DNA from: Candidatus Omnitrophota bacterium
GTDB lineage: Bacteria > Omnitrophota > Gorgyraeia > Zapsychrales > Fredricksoniimonadaceae
Assembly (NCBI GenBank): GCA_028865345.1
Contig: JAGWKL010000002.1
Coordinates: 665-64,664, forward strand
Direction: 5' to 3'
DNA length: 64,000 nucleotides
In this document: in pieces, positions 28,601 to 35,915 of the stretch
Layout of the letters: each line of letters begins with the position of its first letter
How positions within the stretch are numbered: position 1 is the first letter of the stretch
Position numbers and translations under genes: made by a program
The notes under the pieces: generated by a model
What the model was told of the DNA's origin: nothing
The model's database searches: none
What the model saw: the letters and a program-made list of their open reading frames with translations, nothing else

Positions 28601-29848
28601 TTAATCTCCGTTATAATCCGAAAAAACGACACAGGCATTGCAATTGCCGAACCCGAAAGAATTGGACAATACCGTCTTGAGATGCGCACAACGCCCTTCA
28701 TTAGGGACATAGTCGAGATCGCATTGCGGGTCCCTGTCCTTATAATTGATCGTCGGCGGAATGAACCTGTTTTTAATGGCCAATGCGCAAACCACCGCTT
28801 CAATGCCTCCTGCAGCCCCAAGGCTATGGCCGATCATGGATTTCGTCGAAGAAATCGGGACTTTATACGCTTTGGGACCGAACACATTCTTGATGGCCAT
28901 GGTTTCCGCACGGTCATTGGCCACGGTCGAGGTGGCATGGGCATTGATGTAATCAACCTGCCCGGCATCCCTCCCCGCATCTTTTAAGGCATCGGCCATG
29001 ACCCGCGCCGCATCTGCGCCGCTTAAATCCGGCATCACCATGTGACGGCCTCCGGAATTACTGGCATACCCGGCAACTTCCGCATATATAGGGGCATTTC
29101 TCCTGCGGGCATGTTCCAATTCCTCCATGATGACAAGCCCCCCGCCTTCGCTTAGCACAAAACCGTCGCGTTTCAAGTCAAAGGGGCGTGAGGCTTCCTC
29201 GGGAACGCTGTTTTTGGACATCACCCGCAAATAATAATACGCCTCAAAATTCAAAGGCGACAAGGTCGCTTCCACACCGCCGGTCACGCACAAGTCCATA
29301 TCGCCCCACTGGATCTTGCGAAAGGCCTCACCGATAGCATGATTGGCCGAAGCGCAAGCCGTGGAAATCACCATATTAGGGCCCAAGCATCCGTGCTGGA
29401 TGGCAATATGGCTGGACACCGCATTAGGTGAAATCCTTGGCACAGCCGTCGGATGACAGCGGGGGTTCGATTTTTCAAAGTGGGCGACCAATTGCTCTTC
29501 ATGGAACATCATGCCGCCCAAGCCGGAACCGATGACCACCCCGATGCGGTTTTTGTCCTCGGTCTCTAAGTCAAGACGACTGTCTTCGACGGCCATCTTG
29601 GTACAGGCCAGCCCAAAATGGACAAACCTGTCCACTTTTTTGACCACTTCCGAAGGCATATACCGGCAAGGGTCAAAACCCCTCACCTCTCCGGCTATTT
29701 TTGTATCGAAGTTGTCGGTATTAAAACCGCTGACTTTGACAACCCCTGACCGGCCCTGCATATTGGCCTGCCAAAAATCATCCTTGCCTATACCATTGCA
29801 GGCTACCACGCCCAAACCGGTGACAACCACACGCCGTTTCTTCGTCAT
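28601..29848 (-). CDS. 3-oxoacyl-ACP synthase II-like (KAS, FabF family).
   Basis: The thiolase-fold KAS signature is present: VVVTGLGVV, the active-site Cys in ISTACASANHAIGEA, the HATST and GHSLGAAG His motifs, and the C-terminal NSFGFGG-like end. Confidence 0.85.
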   Translation of the reverse strand: MTKKRRVVVTGLGVVACNGIGKDDFWQANMQGRSGVVKVSGFNTDNFDTKIAGEVRGFDPCRYMPSEVVKKVDRFVHFGLACTKMAVEDSRLDLETEDKNRIGVVIGSGLGGMMFHEEQLVAHFEKSNPRCHPTAVPRISPNAVSSHIAIQHGCLGPNMVISTACASANHAIGEAFRKIQWGDMDLCVTGGVEATLSPLNFEAYYYLRVMSKNSVPEEASRPFDLKRDGFVLSEGGGLVIMEELEHARRRNAPIYAEVAGYASNSGGRHMVMPDLSGADAARVMADALKDAGRDAGQVDYINAHATSTVANDRAETMAIKNVFGPKAYKVPISSTKSMIGHSLGAAGGIEAVVCALAIKNRFIPPTINYKDRDPQCDLDYVPNEGRCAHLKTVLSNSFGFGNCNACVVFSDYNGD

Positions 29849-30010
29849 TGTGAAAGAAAAACTAATTAAAAAATAATTTTAACTAAAACGTCATTAAGAA
29901 AACATTAATCTTTAATTATAAAATTTTAATGCCTCTTAAGCTCCTAACAACCCTAATTATAGGGGCATACTATACCATAATAATATCAAAAAAGAAAAAA
30001 ATATTTGTTA

Positions 30011-30032
30011 TCCCCGAGTCTGGGGACAGGTC
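30011..30032 (-). repeat. Right copy of the 22 bp perfect inverted repeat, about 160 bp upstream of the KAS operon start.
   Basis: TCCCCGAGTCTGGGGACAGGTC is the exact reverse complement of 23421-23442. Each copy has the same orientation relative to its inward-transcribed operon. Confidence 0.9.
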
Positions 30033-30055
30033 CTTTTTTCCAAGGCTTGGGACCA

Positions 30056-30487
30056 TTAGAACTTAAAACTGGCACCCTCTGGCGTGAAACTGGGACCGTC
30101 ATCGACATCGGAGTCTCCATTGCCGTCCGGGTTCAGGGAGGCAAGGATATTTTCTCTATTGATCCATTTCTTCATTTGCTCCCGGCTCAAAACCAGGCTT
30201 AATCTTTTATTTTCTTCTTCTTTCAACTTTTGTATGGCGCTTTTGACAGCCCCATGCTCCAGCAAACCGCCTCCCGCCACCTGCTGAAGGACCGCTTCGC
30301 GCTTGACCAGATAGTCTTGGACAATGGGGTACACGGCTTGAACCTGGGCCTTTGTCAATTGCAACACAGTCTTCATTTTGTTGACATTATAATCGACAGC
30401 AGACTGCATTTCTTTGGCTTGGGCCGATGCCCAGGGGCCCAATACCAAAAAAAAGGCCAAAACACCTGCCCCATATTTGCGGACCAT
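30056..30487 (-). CDS. Periplasmic CpxP/Spy-like protein (LTxxQ-type motif).
   Basis: A signal peptide precedes a helical mature domain with LQLTKAQVQAV. Confidence 0.4.
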   Translation of the reverse strand: MVRKYGAGVLAFFLVLGPWASAQAKEMQSAVDYNVNKMKTVLQLTKAQVQAVYPIVQDYLVKREAVLQQVAGGGLLEHGAVKSAIQKLKEEENKRLSLVLSREQMKKWINRENILASLNPDGNGDSDVDDGPSFTPEGASFKF

Positions 30488-30603
30488 AAATTCCCCTTCC
30501 CGTAAGCTTTAGCCTGCGGCATATTGACCGCGCCTGCTCATACCGGATGTAGTTTACAATAAAAAAGCGCTGAAAGGGGAAAATTTTGTGGCGAAATAAT
30601 ATT

Positions 30604-33600
30604 TTAGCGATCTCCCTGCGTCATAGAGCCCCCCAAAAATGCCCCTAAATCCTTCATCGGCTGAATGTCGATGATCACCGGCACGAAACCTGGGGCATTT
30701 TGCAGACGGGTGAGCATGGCAGGATCCATATGGAAATTAATGCCTTGGCCCGCATGTTGTGTCTGCAAATCCATGTGGGCGGCGGTCAGATCAATACCTC
30801 CGGTGGGAGTCATGGATTGATCGGCGTGCGCCATGGCAATTTTATCCATAAGTTGCCGGGCCATGAGTATCGCTCTGTGTTGATCAATAAAATTTGGGCT
30901 TGTCACGATAGAAACCGCTTTAGCCTTAACGGCCATTTGAGCTATTTTGTCCAGCATAGTTTCGACTTCAGCATTGGAATAGCCGTTAAATACGTCGAGA
31001 TCGACATCCACCAGATCATAAGGCTTTTCCTGCGGATCAATGGATGAGCCTGGTTGAGCGGCGTATCGCACCGGCCCTTCGTCGATCATTTGCACGGCAC
31101 GCAAAGTGTCCAGATTATAAAGCCAATGCCAATAAGGCAGGCCGCTTTTATCTGAAGCTATGAAACCTTCCTTAACAAAGGGAGCTATAAAACCTTCTAT
31201 ACCAAGGACATTTTGGGCATAACGATCAGCCTCGATGAGCTTGTCCGTGTTTTCCCCAAGAAACCCGCCGGAGCTATTATAACGGCGGGTAATCCGTGCA
31301 TCAGGGTGTGCATCAATATGCAATAAACTTAACCCCTTTTGAAGCATCCCTTGCCTCAACATCAACCACCAAAAGGTAAAGACATTGCTGTGATCGTCGG
31401 AAATAAAAACCATGGGGCCTTTTTTAAGATCGATCAAAACTTTTTTCGTTAGTCCGTAGATGGTCCCGTCCTTCGCCGTTGCGCCCTTGATCAGTTGTCC
31501 TCCCATCTTATCAGACCAGCCATCAACAATGTCCCAATCCGTGATGCCGGAGGCATTTATAGAAGAAAAACCCGCCTCTGCGAAACTCTTGAGAGACACC
31601 TTCATGGCACTGTCCTTTTTAATTTTAGGCTTTGGGGCCAATAAAACCAGGGCCTTTCCGTTGGAGAAATCACGGTTTGCGTTTTGGACGATGGTGTAAT
31701 TAAACCGGCCTGGGGCGGAATTTAATTCAGCAAGAGTGTCTACAACTTGAGCCGCTTTCCCCAAAGAAGTATATTGAACAAAGGAAGTGTCCATCATCAA
31801 TGCAGAAATAAACCCCCGGTTAAAATTTTCTAAATCAAAATGCTCAGCAGCCTCTTCTTTTGTCAAAAGGTCCCCCACATCAATCACAACCATCCTGTCG
31901 GTCCCCCCGGCCGATCCAACATCTACCAAAAAACCATTAGGCTTCATGACAAAACCCCGGGCCAACAATTTCTTATATAACTTAAAATAGCCGTTTAACA
32001 GAGTGTCTATTTTTTGGTGTAAAACATCAGGATCATCCTGATAAATTCTTCTTAAACTCCTTATCCGATCCAGCAACGGGACAACTTCTTGCTGTACGAC
32101 GGCATGGGGGACCCTGATGATGTGTCCGCCCACATTGACGTCCAGGTCCTTAAAAACGAGATACCCGGCCGCCAAGGGGCCCAAACGCTCCTGATATTCA
32201 TCATATTTTGACCAAACCTGAGGATCAGTGACACCCTTGACGACAATATCACGCCCTTCGACATTCCCTTTATAGACCACTGATTCCACTCCTCCGGCAA
32301 ATTTAATCAACGGGTGGTCTCTCAATTGGGAACGCAACACATTCTTTAACGCCTCCAGGCCGGTATCCTGCGCTTTTGAAGCCATGGCATTATCTTTGAT
32401 CTCCAGTTCGATGCCATGGCCCTTATCTTGGGGAACTAAATATTCATACTCCTCTGCAAAGCCGCCGAACCGCGTATCATCAGCGACTATCGCCGTGATC
32501 TTTCCGCCGCTCTTTTTGATGCCGAAAAAGAAATTGTGACTGCCGGCGAGGCCCACATTGACCTCATGGGTTTGTATATGGCGCGCTTGGAAGGCCTCCT
32601 TGACATTGGGCAATATTTGCGAGTAGCTGTCGATCAAATTCACCATTTCGGGCCTGGGCCCCAATCTTCCCAGGAAAAGCCCGACCTGGTTGTCCAGATC
32701 GTCGAGGTCTTCATTAAAGAAATGGGCGATAGACATTTTGCCCTCGCGGTCAATCACGACCGCCACCACGCAATCCCCCATTTCGACGGCATCTGTCCAA
32801 AACACGCCGTTAGTGGCGCCGATGACCGCCGTACGCTCGGATATTTCATGGCCGACAAATTCCTTACCCGTCGACAAATTCATCAAATTGATGTCCGGCT
32901 CAGGCGGGACATGAGATTTCAGATAGGAGTACTCGATCCCCAACGCGCCGGCAAAGGCCAGCGAAACGGCTATGACTTTAAGGGATTTGGGGACAGTCAT
33001 GGCCGCATTGGGCATTTGGTCCGTATACCGTATGACTTGATTTGCCTTCATGGCCAAATCAAACTTCACCCCTCCGGAAAAATATTTTCTCGGGACCATT
33101 TGCCGTGTCAGGGGGTCCCGTTTTTCCTCGATATAATTATAGACGCCTTTTTTAAACGCCTGCAGGTAACGCCGGTAAATTGCCTCCACCCGTAAGGGGC
33201 CGTTGAAGCCCACACCTGCCACTTTATTTTTACCGGCATAAGCTTGTGCCAGGATACTCTTTTTTATTTTCATCTTATACCAGGTAGCCAGGATCAAAGA
33301 ATTATAAACCTGACGCAAGACGGCAAAATTTTCATCTTCATTGACCTCCCTGGTCAATTCAGGGATGACGATTTCACGGATGACCTGACTCCCCAATTGA
33401 TTGGTGCCTCGGGCAACGGCCGCAGCACCCGACCCTTCATGCTTTTCAAGTGACAAATAATCCTGGTCCAGCATGACCTTTAGCCTGCTGCTTATCACAT
33501 AGGCCGTTTGTGCCCCGGTATTTTCATAGACCACGGCTTTTTGGGGAAGTATCCAGACTTTGTTAAACGTGTTCACTGCAATATCGGTCGTCCCGTATTT

Positions 33601-34101
33601 TTTCCGGGCCTCTTCATAAACACGTTTCCAAAACTTTTTTCCGGTTTGTCCCTCGGGATAAATCAGGCTGGCGGTGACCTGTTTAAGCAGGTAATCTTCA
33701 GCCAATAAATCACGGCCCATCCGTGTTGAACCAAAAGAAGGCGGGATGATCCTGTCTTTTTCATAAGGGCTTAAATTGACCCACAGGTCCTCTTCCGGGA
33801 CGGTCAATGATGCCAGGAAGTATTGGACCAGCCTGGCAGCTTCCCGTTTCAGCCCCTCCCTTCCTTCAGGATACTGGTCCCCCTGATCCAAAATAAAGTC
33901 GAATCTCAGAGGATCATCAGGATAAACTTTTATTCCTTTGAGGATGGGAGGCTCAAGAGGAGGACTTAAATGGACCATGACGCCGGGGGCAGGCAGACGC
34001 CATTCATCCGCCCGGGCCATGGGGATCGGCCCCATGACAAGCGTTACAAAAAAAGACAAAATGGTCAATACGCATATAGGGGACTTTGGGGTTTGGTTCA
34101 T
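30604..34101 (-). CDS. Large secreted multidomain protein (about 1165 aa) with a C-terminal ureohydrolase (arginase/deacetylase)-like domain.
   Basis: I set the start at MNQTPK, which carries a signal peptide. The C-terminal region has arginase-family metal-binding motifs in order: SDDHS, HIDAHPD and DVDLDVF. The first roughly 800 aa are unrecognised. Confidence 0.6.
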   Translation of the reverse strand: MNQTPKSPICVLTILSFFVTLVMGPIPMARADEWRLPAPGVMVHLSPPLEPPILKGIKVYPDDPLRFDFILDQGDQYPEGREGLKREAARLVQYFLASLTVPEEDLWVNLSPYEKDRIIPPSFGSTRMGRDLLAEDYLLKQVTASLIYPEGQTGKKFWKRVYEEARKKYGTTDIAVNTFNKVWILPQKAVVYENTGAQTAYVISSRLKVMLDQDYLSLEKHEGSGAAAVARGTNQLGSQVIREIVIPELTREVNEDENFAVLRQVYNSLILATWYKMKIKKSILAQAYAGKNKVAGVGFNGPLRVEAIYRRYLQAFKKGVYNYIEEKRDPLTRQMVPRKYFSGGVKFDLAMKANQVIRYTDQMPNAAMTVPKSLKVIAVSLAFAGALGIEYSYLKSHVPPEPDINLMNLSTGKEFVGHEISERTAVIGATNGVFWTDAVEMGDCVVAVVIDREGKMSIAHFFNEDLDDLDNQVGLFLGRLGPRPEMVNLIDSYSQILPNVKEAFQARHIQTHEVNVGLAGSHNFFFGIKKSGGKITAIVADDTRFGGFAEEYEYLVPQDKGHGIELEIKDNAMASKAQDTGLEALKNVLRSQLRDHPLIKFAGGVESVVYKGNVEGRDIVVKGVTDPQVWSKYDEYQERLGPLAAGYLVFKDLDVNVGGHIIRVPHAVVQQEVVPLLDRIRSLRRIYQDDPDVLHQKIDTLLNGYFKLYKKLLARGFVMKPNGFLVDVGSAGGTDRMVVIDVGDLLTKEEAAEHFDLENFNRGFISALMMDTSFVQYTSLGKAAQVVDTLAELNSAPGRFNYTIVQNANRDFSNGKALVLLAPKPKIKKDSAMKVSLKSFAEAGFSSINASGITDWDIVDGWSDKMGGQLIKGATAKDGTIYGLTKKVLIDLKKGPMVFISDDHSNVFTFWWLMLRQGMLQKGLSLLHIDAHPDARITRRYNSSGGFLGENTDKLIEADRYAQNVLGIEGFIAPFVKEGFIASDKSGLPYWHWLYNLDTLRAVQMIDEGPVRYAAQPGSSIDPQEKPYDLVDVDLDVFNGYSNAEVETMLDKIAQMAVKAKAVSIVTSPNFIDQHRAILMARQLMDKIAMAHADQSMTPTGGIDLTAAHMDLQTQHAGQGINFHMDPAMLTRLQNAPGFVPVIIDIQPMKDLGAFLGGSMTQGDR

Positions 34102-34175
34102 CTCTTTTAAAGTATGTAATATATTTAGATAAAAAACAAGGGTCAAAGAACAATAAAAATGGTAATATAACAGCC

Positions 34176-35276
34176 ATGCGTTTAAAAAAGGAAGAACTGT
34201 TTTTTGTAACTTCTTTTGAGCAAGCCTCCATCCTGCGTAAATACGCCATCCTCTTTCTGGTCTCCTCTGTTATTCCCATGGTCCTTTTATATTACGTCTA
34301 TTTTAAAAGCACCCGGATCGGGCACATCGCCATGCTGCTGATGGTAACGGGTGTTTTGGTGGGTTACTTTTCCATCCGAACCTTACTGACCAGGGCCATC
34401 AGTATCGCCGAGGAAAACCGCAAAGCGATCGAGCCTTTTTTAAAACCTGAAATCTTCAAAGAACTCAGCAAGGAAAAAAATGAACTGATGGCTTTAAACC
34501 ACTTGTTCTCCGCCATGACCAAACAGCTGGAAGCCAACATCAAAGAATTAAGATCCAAGAACGAGGAGCTTAAAACCCTGGACCGGCTCAAAGATGATTT
34601 TGTCAACAACGTTTCCCATGAATTGCGCCTGCCGTTGACCGTCATCCAGGAAAGCATACGCCAGATCGGCGAAGGGATGTTCGGCAAAGTCAATGACTTG
34701 CAGATGAAATACATCCATATGTCATTAAGAAATATCGACAGGCTCAGGGCGCTCATCGACAATATGCTGGACATTGCCAAGATTGAGAAAGGCAAGCTGG
34801 AACTCCTGAAAAAAAACGTTGATGTCAGCCAGATCATCAAAGAGGTCATCTCCGATTTTACGTTCAAAATTGAAAAAAAAGGTTTGGCCCTGAAAGCCGC
34901 CCTGCCTGACCAACCGCTTTGGGCAACGGTCGATAAAGATAAGATCACCCAGGTCTTGATCAACCTGGTCGGCAACGCCTGTAAATTCACCGAAAAAGGC
35001 CGCATCATCGTGTCCGCCTGCGACAGAGGGGATTTGATTGAATGCAGCGTCGAGGATTCCGGAATAGGCATTCCCCCGCAGGAGATGCCCCATCTATTCT
35101 CTAAATTCCATCAGATCGGCCGGCTGAAAAACCAGCCGGAGAAAGGGACAGGTTTGGGGCTGGTCATTTCCAAACATATCATCGAATTGCACAACGGGCA
35201 GATCCATGCGCAAAACCTGGAAGGAACGGGCACGAAATTCACCTTTACATTGCCTAAATCCCCCGGCGGACTTTAA
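34176..35276 (+). CDS. Sensor histidine kinase (two TM helices, HisKA, HATPase_c).
   Basis: I set the start at MRLKKEE to avoid overlap with the upstream gene. The H-box NVSHELRLPL and the G-boxes DSGIGIP and GTGLGLVISKHIIELHNG are present. Confidence 0.8.
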   Translation: MRLKKEELFFVTSFEQASILRKYAILFLVSSVIPMVLLYYVYFKSTRIGHIAMLLMVTGVLVGYFSIRTLLTRAISIAEENRKAIEPFLKPEIFKELSKEKNELMALNHLFSAMTKQLEANIKELRSKNEELKTLDRLKDDFVNNVSHELRLPLTVIQESIRQIGEGMFGKVNDLQMKYIHMSLRNIDRLRALIDNMLDIAKIEKGKLELLKKNVDVSQIIKEVISDFTFKIEKKGLALKAALPDQPLWATVDKDKITQVLINLVGNACKFTEKGRIIVSACDRGDLIECSVEDSGIGIPPQEMPHLFSKFHQIGRLKNQPEKGTGLGLVISKHIIELHNGQIHAQNLEGTGTKFTFTLPKSPGGL

Positions 35277-35293
35277 GGAAAGGAGTATTTTTC

Positions 35294-35674
35294 ATGAAGA
35301 AAATATTAATCATTGATGACGACGTGGACATCATTGATCTGGTCACCAACAGGCTGGAGAGAAACAACTATGAGGTCATATTTTCCAATGACGGCGATAA
35401 TGGGGTCAAAAAAGCCCTTGAGCAAAAACCTGACCTGATCATCATTGATGTCATGATGCCGCGCCTGCCGGGACCGGAAGCGGTCAAGCTCCTGAAATCA
35501 TATGAAGGGACCCAAAACATACCTATTCTTTTCTTTACCGCCATGAACTCATACCTGCCGCCTAATACCGAATTTGATGACATCAATGTGGGCGGCCAGT
35601 TTTTCCCCTCTATCCCCAAACCATTTGATCCCAACAGACTGTTGTCCTGTGTCCGGCTGCTTTTGGGAGAATGA
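35294..35674 (+). CDS. Stand-alone CheY-like response regulator receiver.
   Basis: Starts KILIIDDD and has a phospho-acceptor Asp in LIIIDVMMP. It lies 17 nt downstream of the kinase. Confidence 0.85.
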   Translation: MKKILIIDDDVDIIDLVTNRLERNNYEVIFSNDGDNGVKKALEQKPDLIIIDVMMPRLPGPEAVKLLKSYEGTQNIPILFFTAMNSYLPPNTEFDDINVGGQFFPSIPKPFDPNRLLSCVRLLLGE

Positions 35675-35844
35675 AAAATTTTCAAATCAGGTGGAGAAAG
35701 GTCAGAAAAAAGCGGCAAAAGCCAATGGTTGATCCGTATTAAATGAGTATGATGAAAAGCATGAAAATGATCCTGCCAAGCGACGGTTCCATTCTCTTTG
35801 TAGAAACGCCCCTTACATCCTCCTAAACTCTCCATCAGCAGCCT

Positions 35845-35884
35845 TAATTAAAAACCCCAAGAAGCTTGTCGCTATTCCTGGGGT
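35845..35884 (-). terminator. Rho-independent terminator downstream of the first hppA copy (possibly bidirectional).
   Basis: On the minus-strand RNA, a 9 bp stem (CCCCAGGAA/UUCUUGGGG, with one G-U pair) and an 11 nt loop are followed by UUUUUAAUU. Confidence 0.5.
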
Positions 35885-35915
35885 TTTGCTGCATTATAAG
35901 CAAACGCCGCGTTGA

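Noticed and set aside
28597-28821. The 5' extension of the ACP ORF (the track lists a 157 aa product).
   Set aside because: The extension overlaps the KAS coding region and has no similarity to anything. A proper ATG with a GGAG ribosome-binding site at 28596 gives a canonical 82 aa ACP.
30011-30045. The 22 bp repeat copy read simply as a rho-independent terminator of the CpxP-like gene.
   Set aside because: The stem is only 4-5 bp and the T-run on that strand begins 8 nt after the stem. The identical sequence upstream of the other operon cannot be a terminator there, so a shared regulatory or recombination role explains both copies better.
32536-33195. A 219 aa plus-strand ORF inside the large secreted protein gene.
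   Set aside because: It is antisense to a 3.5 kb continuous ORF and has no motifs or coherent composition.
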